Shown in pieces: positions 25,448-35,446 of a stretch of DNA of 64,000 nt. A model generated the notes under the pieces. The model was not told the DNA's origin, searched no databases, and worked only from the letters and a program-made list of their open reading frames with translations. The stretch lies in the sequence record PP695294.1; one strand, given 5' to 3'. The first letter of the stretch is position 1, and each line of letters opens with the position of its first letter. Both the position numbers and the translations under genes were made by a program.

Positions 25448-26047
25448 ATGATCTACAAGGTGATCGCCAACCACTTGATTAATGTGGACTTGGGGGTCGT
25501 GGGGTATCTTCCGGACGGTATGCGGTTTTTGGATTTGGTGGTTGACACCGTGGTCCGCCTACCGCGTATCACCGTGGAGATACCCGTAAAAGAATTGGAC
25601 CAGGACGAGATACACGAACTTATACGTGAAACGCTGACTAGCTATACGTACGAGTTTCGTTGCATGTTGCCTCGCACCGACCTTACGTTCTTGCACGACT
25701 TCTTTACGTTACTGACTGACGAGTACCGTCGGTGGAAGTTTAATGTTGCAATGGAAGCCAGCACTGAGTCACATTTTAACGGGCTGACACCATTGTTAGA
25801 TTTAGCGTTGGTGTACAAAGAGCAAGACAGTTCACACTGGGCTACGCTCAAGCACTACACGTTGGATCTAATGGCGACCGCCGTAACGGAGGCAGTTATG
25901 GCGCATTATGTTGAGCCGGTGAAGATGTTCTTAGAGGCGCATAATGGCGCTATCCGTACGTTGGTTCTCAAGGTGGACTTCCCGAAAACACCAGTGACCA
26001 ATGCTTTGGATATGAGGCTGCTTATTGATGTTCCTGAGGAGGAATAA
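25448..26047 (+). CDS. Hypothetical protein (199 aa)
   Basis: AAGGAG SD. Confidence 0.65.
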   Translation: MIYKVIANHLINVDLGVVGYLPDGMRFLDLVVDTVVRLPRITVEIPVKELDQDEIHELIRETLTSYTYEFRCMLPRTDLTFLHDFFTLLTDEYRRWKFNVAMEASTESHFNGLTPLLDLALVYKEQDSSHWATLKHYTLDLMATAVTEAVMAHYVEPVKMFLEAHNGAIRTLVLKVDFPKTPVTNALDMRLLIDVPEEE

Positions 26048-26457
26048 TGTTCGATTTACGCACACTGGTCGCTGGGCAAAAAGTTAACATTGTTTACGAC
26101 ACCCCTTTGAAAGGGCAAGAGACGCGTGTAATTATTCTGGCAACCGGCGTTGGCTATGAAATGGCCAAAAGCTATATGGATGTGATGGCGGAGCAGAAGA
26201 ATATCTACTCTTCCATTGTTTCTCAGCCGGAAGATAATGTGAACAAATACACGTATCTGATTTTCAAAGGTGTTGACGGCAAACCAAAAGTCGCTGCCGA
26301 TGCCTGGATTCGTGATGTTCAGATTATCGAAAACACGAAGGTGCGCTTCACCGTCACCCTGGATAACAAACAGGAGATTGACGACCTTAAACGCGCCCTG
26401 GCTGCCAATGGTTTCAATGACGTCGATTTTGAAATCGTTGAGAGTATTGCCGGTTAA
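26047..26457 (+). CDS. Conserved hypothetical protein preceding the DNA polymerase (136 aa)
   Basis: GAGGAGG SD, TAATG coupling, codon usage typical of highly expressed genes. Confidence 0.7.
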   Translation: MFDLRTLVAGQKVNIVYDTPLKGQETRVIILATGVGYEMAKSYMDVMAEQKNIYSSIVSQPEDNVNKYTYLIFKGVDGKPKVAADAWIRDVQIIENTKVRFTVTLDNKQEIDDLKRALAANGFNDVDFEIVESIAG

Positions 26458-26461
26458 AGTA

Positions 26462-26500
26462 AGCCCACTCTTCGGAGTGGGTTATTTTTTTTTCTTTTTT
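26462..26500 (+). terminator. Intrinsic terminator
   Basis: AGCCCACTC-TTCG-GAGTGGGTT plus T-tract. Confidence 0.85.
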
Positions 26501-26549
26501 CACGTATCCCGCAAGTCTTATAGCTGAGTAAAAAACCAAGGGGCCAGAC

Positions 26550-28829
26550 GTGGACTACAATTCACCATTTCGTCTTAGTCAAGACGAGTATCATCGCGAC
26601 ATTGACGTTATCGATGCGTACTACGAACAACTGGCGCTCTACATTCATACCGTCACCAACGGGAAATATTCTTTGGAGTTCTGTCGACAGCAGGTCGAAG
26701 AAATGTTCCAACCTGGTGGTGAGTTAGTACACGAATTCCCCGTGTGTAAGATGTGGGTGCGCAATCAAAAGACCGGCGATCGCGAAGAAAAATACACCAC
26801 GGTAGATAAACTGTTCCGTACAGTGATTGATAAGCAGATTATCTCTGCGCCGTCGCTGACCTTTTATCTGCCTGAGCACGTCAAGCGCTCTAAGCTTGCT
26901 GAATTTACCGCAGAGAACGTGCGTAAGCGTGCGGTTGTTAAGAAAGAGATGTACGCAGCAGGTGCTGCGGGTAATGAAGTTCTGCGTATTAACAAAAAGA
27001 ACGAACAGAACGCTGTTAAGACGTTGAACAACGGGATGTCGGGTGCATTCTCATCACCGTACACGGTAATCTTTAACCAGTCTTCGCACTCTGTATTGAC
27101 GTCAACCTGCCGTACGGCTACATCGTTCGGTAACGCGGGCAACGAACGTCTACTGGGCGGTAATCGTCACTACGACACGCCGTCCCGTGTTATCGACCAC
27201 TTACTGTCTATTGGTACACTGACTAACTTTGCGGAGTTCAAGAAGTGTATGGAACTCTATAACCTCCACTACCCAACAGTGGACGAGGTTATGGAAGTGG
27301 TTATGTACTCTGCAGAGTTTTACTTCCGTAACGACGAAGGGCTGGAGTTCATTCGTCACTACGTCGGTAATTGTAGCCCGCTGGTACGTGCAGCGTTTGT
27401 CTATATGGGTGACTTCTACCACCTGGCGAAATACAACGATGAATTCATGCGCGGATTTATCGGTGCGCTGATTGCCGAGGAGATGGAAGACGAGATCACC
27501 GATTGGGATGCTGCTGAGCGCTCTATCGATGGTGACATGCAGATCATTATCTCGCAGTTCCGTACTGATATCGTGCCGTTAGGTAAGTCGTTCTCTGACG
27601 TTAAACTCAAAGACGAAAACACGAACAAAGCGGAACCGTGGGATAAGCAGGAAAAATACAAAGAGCTGATTCGCTCAGCTGTGTATCTGCAGAAAACCAT
27701 CGGTAAGTACGCGTGCTTGATTCGTAATATCCTGACTACCAAAAACCTGCCGATTAACATTGCCAGGATGCCTGACGTGGTTCGTCGTGTCGGTGTGGTA
27801 TCTGATACCGACTCCACGATGATGACTGCACAGTGGTGGGCACAGTGGTATACCGGTCAACATTACGGTCGTGAAGCTACGCGCGTATCGGATGCGATAA
27901 TTTATATTGCAACCCAGCACTTACGTCATCTGATGGCGAGCATGTCGGCGAACATCGGTGTGGCGAAAGAGCGTCTGTTTTTGTACGCAATGAAGAACGA
28001 ATTTAAGTTCGACTCCTTTGCGTTAACCACGAAAGCAAAACACTATTTCTCCATCATCACTGGCCAGGAAGGACAATTGAAGTCCGACCCTGAGTTAGAA
28101 GTTAAAGGTGTGTCTCTACGTACGTCAAACATACCGCCTGTGGTCATGAAAGAGTTCAAACGCACGATTAAAGAACTCTGTGAGATTGTAGCGCGCGGCG
28201 ATAAGATTAAGATTCTGCCTCTGCTGGAAAAGGTTGCTGCAATTGAGCACGTTGTGGTGGACTCTATTCGTGCTGGTAAAGCAGGCTACCTGAAAACAAC
28301 CAACGTCAAAGACCGTAGTGCGTACTCTGAAGATGATGAAAAGAGCTACCACTACCACCGCATGTACAACGCCATCTTTGGACCGAAGTACGGCTACCTG
28401 GACGAACCGCCTTATGACGCCGTGAAGCTTCCGGTAAACCTGGAGAACAAAACAGCCGTTAAAGAGTGGCTGGAAAACATTAAAGACCCGATGATTAAGA
28501 CCACTGCAACACGGTGGTTCGAAGAAAACAACTATCGTACCTATCGTACTCTGATACTGCCAGAGTTCTTGGTGGAAAACTTCGGTATTCCGCCGGAGCT
28601 GATTGATGCTGCAGACACACGTCGAAGCGCATTCTCCACAGTAGAACCTTACTATCACATCCTGGAATGTCTGGGTGTGTTCATGATGGACAAGAATAGA
28701 ACTCGTCTGCTTTCGGATTACTACGGCGAATCTGTAGACTCGGTCAAGGAAGAATTAGGTAGCGGTGAGTACGTTAAGAAATCTGAACGTGATGGAGAGG
28801 AAGAAGATGGGGAAGAGGCGGAAGAATAA
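26550..28829 (+). CDS. Family B DNA polymerase, fingers/palm/thumb subunit (phiKZ gp50-like)
   Basis: Motif B KTLNNGMSG; motif C VSDTDS; TTKAKHY and KGV thumb motifs; acidic C-tail. Confidence 0.88.
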   Translation: MDYNSPFRLSQDEYHRDIDVIDAYYEQLALYIHTVTNGKYSLEFCRQQVEEMFQPGGELVHEFPVCKMWVRNQKTGDREEKYTTVDKLFRTVIDKQIISAPSLTFYLPEHVKRSKLAEFTAENVRKRAVVKKEMYAAGAAGNEVLRINKKNEQNAVKTLNNGMSGAFSSPYTVIFNQSSHSVLTSTCRTATSFGNAGNERLLGGNRHYDTPSRVIDHLLSIGTLTNFAEFKKCMELYNLHYPTVDEVMEVVMYSAEFYFRNDEGLEFIRHYVGNCSPLVRAAFVYMGDFYHLAKYNDEFMRGFIGALIAEEMEDEITDWDAAERSIDGDMQIIISQFRTDIVPLGKSFSDVKLKDENTNKAEPWDKQEKYKELIRSAVYLQKTIGKYACLIRNILTTKNLPINIARMPDVVRRVGVVSDTDSTMMTAQWWAQWYTGQHYGREATRVSDAIIYIATQHLRHLMASMSANIGVAKERLFLYAMKNEFKFDSFALTTKAKHYFSIITGQEGQLKSDPELEVKGVSLRTSNIPPVVMKEFKRTIKELCEIVARGDKIKILPLLEKVAAIEHVVVDSIRAGKAGYLKTTNVKDRSAYSEDDEKSYHYHRMYNAIFGPKYGYLDEPPYDAVKLPVNLENKTAVKEWLENIKDPMIKTTATRWFEENNYRTYRTLILPEFLVENFGIPPELIDAADTRRSAFSTVEPYYHILECLGVFMMDKNRTRLLSDYYGESVDSVKEELGSGEYVKKSERDGEEEDGEEAEE

Positions 28830-28921
28830 ATCTGTTCCACGGAAGCCAGAGCCGCAAGCGATAACCTTTATGTTTGAAGATCGGACTTTAGTGGGCGGGA
28901 TGAACATTCGGGTGGAAGGGT

Positions 28922-29122
28922 ATGTATCGCAATAGCGGGAAATCCACAGAGATGATAACCACAATCCGTCGCGACCTCGAAGAACGGGGTTGTGTGGATA
29001 TTGAGTTACATCAAGCAGGCGAAACAGTGCACATCACGGCATTGGACGCCAAACGTAAACGCAAAATCACCGTGTGGGGTAAACCATACGCAAGTGACTT
29101 CACGGAGACGATAAAATACTAG
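28922..29122 (+). CDS. Small hypothetical protein (66 aa)
   Basis: Purine-rich SD-like sequence; ends just before a terminator. Confidence 0.5.
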   Translation: MYRNSGKSTEMITTIRRDLEERGCVDIELHQAGETVHITALDAKRKRKITVWGKPYASDFTETIKY

Positions 29123-29127
29123 ACAGA

Positions 29128-29171
29128 CAAAAAATAAAAAAAAGAACTACACACCGAAGTGTGTAGTTTTT
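29128..29171. terminator. Bidirectional terminator
   Basis: AACTACACAC-CGAA-GTGTGTAGTT (UUCG loop on the - strand) with flanking A- and T-tracts. Confidence 0.8.
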
Positions 29172-29220
29172 GTATATAGTATGAATACTCGAAAGAGTGT
29201 TCGCGAGGAGAGAGTAAGTC

Positions 29221-30288
29221 TTATTTTTCTTCTAGCTCTGTCGTCAACGGGATAATCAAATCCCGTTGGATAAAGTTATAGAAGGATTTGGTCAAACGTG
29301 TGAGGACTTTAGAGTCCACATAACGCGCCAAATCAACCAACATCGTACGTTTATGCTTTTCCATATTCCCCTGGTTGTATTGAAGACAAAACAGTGCCCA
29401 GTACCAGTTCACCATGTTCTGGTGCCAGGTGTTCTGCAGCGTTTGACCTGGTTCTCGAAAGACAATCAGTTCCAGTGCTGTGTGGCCTTCTTCATCAGGG
29501 TGTTGGAAGAACAATGGGATGTTGTTTAAGACTTGTCCCGGTAACGGGTTGGCAGCCAGTAGTTTACTACGGATGCCTTTTGCGTGCTTCACAGCTAAAG
29601 CTTGAAGCGGCGGAACAGGAATGACACGTAATGTTTCATCCGGTTCAATCTCTTTCCCGAAGGCTATCGCACGATGTATATTTACAAAGGCGATATCCAT
29701 GTAGCTCGGCAACATGCGAGAGATCACATGTCGTTGGAGATACACAGGTGTGGCAATAGGTTCGGTACCGCGACTGTAGTGCTGCTGACCTTTGACATAT
29801 TGCCAAAGCAAAGCAACCAGGTTGATTTCGATCACCGTAACACCTCGGGGCCGTCCGTCACCGAACTTCCAATTGAGGTTGGTATACTCATGGTAGAGGT
29901 AACGGGCGGGGGTGTAGTCGCGGAACGAAAGGTCTGGATTTACTGGGCGGGCTACGAGAGAGATTACCTCATCTTGGCCCTGGATAAACTTGCTATTAAA
30001 GATTTGACCGTACTCACCAACAGACGTCAAGCGTAAGGCGTTACCGATCTGAACAAGTTTGCGACGGCAAGCCCATTCGATGTCTTCGTACTCTGGTTCA
30101 CCGGCATAGCCGATGGCAGACAACACCTCTTGCAACAAATGGCCATTACCAGCACTGCGATTAAGCTGTTCGTAGTAGTTGCGTATACGCTGGCTGTTGT
30201 TTTTTACGTGAGCCGCTAATGTTATAGCGGAGGGGTCCGTGTTGTGACCCTTTATGGCCACTTGGTTTAACTCGGCTTGGCTGAACAT
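29221..30288 (-). CDS. Conserved protein, probably virion-associated (start revised to 30288, 355 aa)
   Basis: AAGGAG SD before MFSQAELNQ; divergent from chimallin as in the phiKZ-like core block. Confidence 0.6.
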   Translation of the reverse strand: MFSQAELNQVAIKGHNTDPSAITLAAHVKNNSQRIRNYYEQLNRSAGNGHLLQEVLSAIGYAGEPEYEDIEWACRRKLVQIGNALRLTSVGEYGQIFNSKFIQGQDEVISLVARPVNPDLSFRDYTPARYLYHEYTNLNWKFGDGRPRGVTVIEINLVALLWQYVKGQQHYSRGTEPIATPVYLQRHVISRMLPSYMDIAFVNIHRAIAFGKEIEPDETLRVIPVPPLQALAVKHAKGIRSKLLAANPLPGQVLNNIPLFFQHPDEEGHTALELIVFREPGQTLQNTWHQNMVNWYWALFCLQYNQGNMEKHKRTMLVDLARYVDSKVLTRLTKSFYNFIQRDLIIPLTTELEEK

Positions 30289-30340
30289 GGCAGACTCCTT
30301 AGATTCCACATAGGAAGTCAGTCACAGTCAAAAATATCTC

Positions 30341-30355
30341 AGATTGATATTATCT
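30341..30355 (+). promoter_or_regulatory. Early promoter-like motif (distal, chimallin)
   Basis: AGATTGATATTATCT. Confidence 0.55.
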
Positions 30356-30433
30356 ATGTGACAGTTCCTGAGAAATGTCTGGACTATGTGCCTTGTAAGT
30401 AAGCGACGGCGTACTTGCATTCCATGAAATTAC

Positions 30434-30448
30434 AGGCAGATATTATCT
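30434..30448 (+). promoter_or_regulatory. Early promoter-like motif (proximal, chimallin)
   Basis: AGGCAGATATTATCT. Confidence 0.6.
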
Positions 30449-30494
30449 CTGCGAACCGAACTATGATTGCAATCACTATTAAGGAATATTTAAA

Positions 30495-32348
30495 ATGGTA
30501 AAAATCGTTGACTCTAACAACAACGCTCAGCAGAACAACACTCAGACTCAAGACACCGCACCACTGGGCGGTCTGGGCAACGAGACTGTAAAAGTGCAAA
30601 CTGCTGTGCCGGGTACTTCTACTGTCAGCCAATTCGATAACGCATTTGGCATCCGCAACATCAGCACCTATGCAATGCACTTCGTCAACCTCCTGGACGA
30701 GCTGAAGAAAAGCAACGAATACCTCAACGCGTTCCGCTGGGGCACCATCGCCGGCGTGGGTAACGAAATGGGTTCCGCGGCGTATGTCGCAGGCCAATGG
30801 CAGGGCCACTGGCTGTACGGTATTATCTTCTTTGAACGCGGTCAGTCTCTGCGTCTGAAAGAAACTACCAACAACGGCCAGGAAGACTACTACACCATCA
30901 CTGAACTGTTCAACAAAGACGTGCTGGCAGTAGTACAGAAAAACATCATGGAAGCGCATGGTCTGACCAATGCGAACTTCATGATCATCAACTCCGTACC
31001 AGACCTGGGTAAAGTTCTGGATGCTGAGTGGGCACGTACTCTGATGGGTCAGATGATGATGGGCATCTTCGGTCGTATCGCAGGCTACCTGGGTACGCTG
31101 AACCTGCGTAAGCATGACCGTTATCAGGCTGCAGTAATGCCGCTGGAAGATGGTGCGGTTGTGGATGCTAACGGCCACGCACAACGTGCTGATTTCGCAA
31201 TCACCGTTGAGCACAGCCCAAGCAACGTATCCGACGCCACTCCGACTCTGCTGGACACCAATCAGGTACAGGTGTATCCGCGTGTATCCGGTACTGGTTT
31301 CGTCAACATGCGTTTCACCGGTCAGAAGCCTGTCGTTAACGGCGTCTACGACCTGAAACAGCTGCAGGCTGAAATCGTAGTAAGTCTGGTCGATTCTCAA
31401 ACTGAAGGTGCAATGGCACCGTATGAACGTCAACTGCTGCTGCTGGCTGCATTTGCAGAAATCGCGGCAATCGGTGGCTGGCGTGACCTGTTTGTGAAAC
31501 GTCTGAACAAACAAGATCGCAAGTTCTCCCGTGTGGCAGAATACCTGTCCTGGGGTGCTGACGCTCGTCCTGATGTATCCAAAATCGACGGTAGCCGTGA
31601 AGCTATCGAAGGTTGCCTGGATATGTTCGCACCGCGTGAAGCAGCACTGGTAGTTAGCCATCGTGCCGGTAACGGTCTGGGTGGTCTGTCTACTATGCTG
31701 TCTGAAATTGCGGTCGGTTACGACAACTCTCTGAAACAGCTGCTCGCTATTCTGAATTCCATGTCCCCGCGTGATCAGAACGGCGAAGTTGTTGCAGCGA
31801 CCAGCTTCACTGCAGTATTTGCTTCTGCACTGAAAGCACAGCTGGGCGATGCCTTCAATGGTACCATCCATTGCAGCCACATCGTGAAAGCAGCCGTACC
31901 GACTGTTTCCGGTGTTTACACCGGTACTGCACAGAAACGTAGCTTCCAGGATATGGACCTGATTTCCGTTGTTACCAAACTGGGTGATAACGCGAACGAC
32001 GTCTATAGCTACCTGAACGCACAGTCCTACAGCCACCGTGAACTGAACGAGCGTCAACAGCGTATCTACATGCTGAAACTGGCCGCTTCTCTGTTCGCAT
32101 CCAAAGCACCGCAAGCTACCGGTGAATCTCTGGATATGGCTATCAACCCGATCTTCGGTAAATGCCTGCTGGACTTCGTCCGTAACAATTGCACCTGGTC
32201 TATGACTGGTGTAAATGCCTACAACACGATGGCGACCTCTCTGTTCTTCAACAACGGTGGGGAAGACTTCACGCTGTCTGGCAACGGCCTGTCTGCAAGC
32301 GGTTCCGATTTCGGTCTGGGCGTGTCTCTGAGCAACTTCAAACTGTAA
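30495..32348 (+). CDS. chmA: Chimallin, phage nuclear shell protein (phiKZ gp54-like)
   Basis: 617 aa with extended N/Q-rich N-arm and low-complexity C-tail. Extreme high-expression codon bias, tandem early promoters, own terminator, and position directly before the nvRNAP gp55-like gene. Assigned by size and synteny. Confidence 0.78.
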   Translation: MVKIVDSNNNAQQNNTQTQDTAPLGGLGNETVKVQTAVPGTSTVSQFDNAFGIRNISTYAMHFVNLLDELKKSNEYLNAFRWGTIAGVGNEMGSAAYVAGQWQGHWLYGIIFFERGQSLRLKETTNNGQEDYYTITELFNKDVLAVVQKNIMEAHGLTNANFMIINSVPDLGKVLDAEWARTLMGQMMMGIFGRIAGYLGTLNLRKHDRYQAAVMPLEDGAVVDANGHAQRADFAITVEHSPSNVSDATPTLLDTNQVQVYPRVSGTGFVNMRFTGQKPVVNGVYDLKQLQAEIVVSLVDSQTEGAMAPYERQLLLLAAFAEIAAIGGWRDLFVKRLNKQDRKFSRVAEYLSWGADARPDVSKIDGSREAIEGCLDMFAPREAALVVSHRAGNGLGGLSTMLSEIAVGYDNSLKQLLAILNSMSPRDQNGEVVAATSFTAVFASALKAQLGDAFNGTIHCSHIVKAAVPTVSGVYTGTAQKRSFQDMDLISVVTKLGDNANDVYSYLNAQSYSHRELNERQQRIYMLKLAASLFASKAPQATGESLDMAINPIFGKCLLDFVRNNCTWSMTGVNAYNTMATSLFFNNGGEDFTLSGNGLSASGSDFGLGVSLSNFKL

Positions 32349-32377
32349 TCGAATCGGTTACTGAGTAGTTAGGAAAC

Positions 32378-32414
32378 GGACGGGGGCTAACGCCTCCGTC
32401 CTTCCCTCTTTTTT
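32378..32414 (+). terminator. Intrinsic terminator
   Basis: GGACGGGGGC-TAAC-GCCTCCGTCC plus T-tract. Confidence 0.75.
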
Positions 32415-32430
32415 TGTTGAGGTTGACAGA

Positions 32431-33798
32431 GTGAGAAAGGTACCAAAATTCTACGGAATATCCGGCCGGTTGGTTAGTCAGGATAACTATTTGTCCGATT
32501 TGCAAATAGAAGCTGCAGCCAAAGGTATTAAACCACCCACTATTATTAACGATGTCGCCGTTAACGGGGATGCGATCGAGGTTGCTGAACTTATCGATCG
32601 CATGGTACAGAACAGAATCGTTGACGAAGAACTGAACTCTGCACCGATTTGTAGTTTGGATTGTCCGGCACCGATCGCGCATCGTTACAATCTCGGTTGT
32701 AAGTGTCCGACGTGTGGCTATGTTGTAACTGAACATCGAATTGAATCCGATGTCTGGTTACGTGCACCTGATGAAATGGGTAACTTCGTCAACCCACGAT
32801 TCTGGGCAATGTTCAATGCTTTCTTTAATAGCAAGTTGAAGAAGTTTGAACGTAACAAGGTCACTATCGAACGTGGTAATGACTTGATGATGTGGATGAT
32901 TGACCCGTATTACCGTATAGAAGAACCAGACGGTAAACGCGCACATGCTGTGAAACGTGTATTGGAAGAACATGGTTTCGTTCGTGGCTTGCGCAATCTG
33001 GTTGATAACCACGTTAGTATCTTTAACATCCTTACCACGCCAGAAGCCTGGAAGGAAATCTTCGCACCTAATCGGCATAACGCCGCTGAAGGTGAACGCT
33101 TACGTTTACAATGGAAGGAGCTATTCGAAACGCAACGTCACGCATTCTTCCCAAGACATTTACCGCTAATCTCCTCTAAACTTATCGTTACTGAGGAAGG
33201 TCGTCGTGGTGTCATGGTAGACCCAGTGTTCACGGGTGCTATTGACGCGGTGAAAAATATCGCGTTGCTCTATACGCGGCGTAAAGCGATCGAACCACGT
33301 TTTCTGATTAGTCGTGCTTTGAAAGCGAACCGTCAGTTAACGTACTTCCACATGGACTTCCGTCGTGAGTCTATGGAAGGTAAACCGGGTGACTATCGTG
33401 CGAAATTGGGTTCTACCCATATCCCGTTCGGTGGTCGTGCAACCATCTCACCTATCTCAGAACCACACGATGCCTGGAAGTTAAAAGCACCATGGCGTTG
33501 GATGGTTGGGTTGATGTCGACCCACATCGAGAACAAACTGCTACGACGGGGTTATTCGTCACGGCAATGTGAGCGTATCGTTGCAAAAGCGGCAATGCAG
33601 TATGACCCGCTTGTAGACGAAATCTTTAAAGAACTGATTCGTGAATCCCCAGGCGGTCTTGGGATCATGGTCATACCGTTACGTAACCCAACGCTGGTAC
33701 AGTTGTCTATTCAAACGCTGTACATCGATGAAGTTGTTACCGATGTTAACCAGTGTTCGCTGCGTATCTCTGACCGTGTGATCAAGATGGCTAACGGT
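32431..33798 (+). CDS. nvRNAP beta-prime N-terminal subunit, exon 1 (phiKZ gp55-like)
   Basis: Zn-ribbon CSLDC...CKCPTC; GKPGDYRAKLG; GGRATISP; LRNPTL; ends ...KMANG at the predicted 5' splice site. Confidence 0.88.
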
Positions 33799-34154
33799 TC
33801 GAAAAGAGCCCCATCGGACGGGAAACCTCTGATGCGTATTCTCCTGAAATGCTGGGAAACCCTAAAGCGTATCTACCAGAAATGGGGACGAAAGTCTGAA
33901 ACAACAGATACGATGGCCTACGCTAAACAATACTGCTAACGGTTGTGATAATGGGTAATCAGCAGCGAAGCCTCGTGAGAGGAACGTTCAACGACTATCG
34001 CTGAAATGCGAGTAGGGGTCCCAGTGGACTTCGAAGTGGGAGAACACCTAAGGCGATAGCTATGGTGAAGATATAGTCTGTGCCTTATCGAGAGATAAGG
34101 AGGGTGTCTTAGCACACCTGCTGTATACGGAAACGGTATACGGTGGACAAACAG
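33799..34154 (+). mobile_element. Group I self-splicing intron, 356 nt, no internal ORF
   Basis: P1 GGUUC-GAAAA-GAGCC with a U-G wobble at 33798; P AAAUGCUGGGAA (33847); Q AAUCAGCAGC (33957); R GUUCAACGACUA (33986); S AAGAUAUAGUC (34068); P3 UUCUCC/GGAGAA; terminal G 34154. Splicing restores MANG-DFDGD in frame. Confidence 0.93.
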
Positions 34155-34382
34155 GATTTCGATGGCGACCAGTTCCAGGTACGTTTGCCAGTCGATGAAA
34201 CTGAGATGAAGTTGGCGCTCCAATTCCGTCCAGATAACGGCTTTATGTCTTCTACTGATGTGGACCGCGTAGAACACGGCATGGTTTTACATAACGAGCT
34301 AATCAGTATGCAGAACCAGTTCCTTATTGAAGCAGATGAGGATGATGAAGAAGGCATTCCGTTGGAAGCGGTGATGGGCTAA
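34155..34382 (+). CDS. nvRNAP beta-prime N-terminal subunit, exon 2 (catalytic DFDGD); spliced product 531 aa
   Basis: Begins GAT TTC GAT GGC GAC (DFDGD), in frame with exon 1 after splicing. Confidence 0.9.
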   Translation, partial: DFDGDQFQVRLPVDETEMKLALQFRPDNGFMSSTDVDRVEHGMVLHNELISMQNQFLIEADEDDEEGIPLEAVMG

Positions 34383-34395
34383 TAGGAGTATTGTA

Positions 34396-34977
34396 ATGTG
34401 GCTACAAGGTAGCACGGTGTGGACGAAACAGACCGAAGGTAGCGGGGCACTCAGCGTATTCAAAGAATCGTTTTCGCTGTCTAGCCTGGCACCCGATCTC
34501 GTTGACCGTGTAAAAGAACATTGTCAGGACTTAATCTCACTGGAGCGTTTCCGTGAAACATTCAGTACCGCACGTAAATTACGTTATAGCGATGCGGTAG
34601 AGATGGTAAGACAGATCGAAGAGTTGGGTGAATTCCAGTTCGCCAATGCTGCTTTACAGCCATTCCTCGTTGCCATGCCGGAATATCGTAAGTTGTATAA
34701 TGACGGTATGGCGACTGGTTATGAGAACGGCTTTTCTCGGTTGGATGTGTTCAAAGGCAATGCGTATATGCGTACCGATGACCACTTCCGCGAAGCAACA
34801 TCGGGCATTTCGACGAAGTACGATGAAGATAAGATTTGGCAATGGGCTACCAATGAAGATCGTGCAGTACGACTGAGTCGAATCGATAAAGTGGATATTC
34901 AACTTAACTGGGCACGCATGTCAGCTTTCGACTGGGAAGATGGTGATCCCTGTTCGGAACTTGGCGCGACGTGTTAA
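34396..34977 (+). CDS. Conserved hypothetical protein (193 aa)
   Basis: AGGAG SD; core-block gene. Confidence 0.7.
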   Translation: MWLQGSTVWTKQTEGSGALSVFKESFSLSSLAPDLVDRVKEHCQDLISLERFRETFSTARKLRYSDAVEMVRQIEELGEFQFANAALQPFLVAMPEYRKLYNDGMATGYENGFSRLDVFKGNAYMRTDDHFREATSGISTKYDEDKIWQWATNEDRAVRLSRIDKVDIQLNWARMSAFDWEDGDPCSELGATC

Positions 34978-34984
34978 AAAAGAT

Positions 34985-35010
34985 GGGGCTTCGGCCCCTC
35001 TTTTTTTCTT
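34985..35010 (+). terminator. Intrinsic terminator
   Basis: GGGGC-TTCG-GCCCC plus T-tract. Confidence 0.8.
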
Positions 35011-35059
35011 CACTGGGGGCTGTATGCAGCATCCTACCTTGAATTTGACAGGAGCTAAC

Positions 35060-35446
35060 ATGATTGCGGTAGGAACCTTATCCACACGTGGCTGGGCACG
35101 TACACCCCAGGAAAAGGCGCGTGAGTTGATGAACCATTACACCGAGTCTGGCTATAGCCAATCGGTGGTTTATCGTGGGAACATTAAATCACTTGCGTAT
35201 ACGCAAGCTGTGTTTGCACAAGATCCCGACGGGATGGTTGCCCAGATTAAAATGGATTTGGAGAACCTCTACGGGAACGTATTTCCTGCTGGCGTTGAAG
35301 TTGAAACCAGCTGGGAGTTTTTAAAAGATTCAGATGTGCGTTACCGCATCTTCATTAGTGTCCGTGTGCAAGAAGTTGTAGACGGTGAATGGTACGATGT
35401 TGAGCGGTACGTGGATACCGAGTCGAGTGCGATTGAGGATATGTAA
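35060..35446 (+). CDS. Probable baseplate protein, possibly T4 gp25-like fold (start revised to 35060, 128 aa)
   Basis: AGGAG SD; TGTATG late-type motif at 35021-35026. A helix pair followed by beta strands resembles gp25 (inference). Confidence 0.5.
   Translation: MIAVGTLSTRGWARTPQEKARELMNHYTESGYSQSVVYRGNIKSLAYTQAVFAQDPDGMVAQIKMDLENLYGNVFPAGVEVETSWEFLKDSDVRYRIFISVRVQEVVDGEWYDVERYVDTESSAIEDM

Noticed and set aside
30384-32114. 576-aa antisense ORF over chimallin
   Set aside because: Its codons are exactly in register with chmA codons. It is open only because this highly expressed gene avoids TTA, CTA and TCA. It has no SD and no plausible composition.
33799-33939. C-terminal 46 aa of track ORF 32431-33939, and GTG start of ORF 34143
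   Set aside because: Both lie inside the group I intron and are artefacts of the unspliced sequence.
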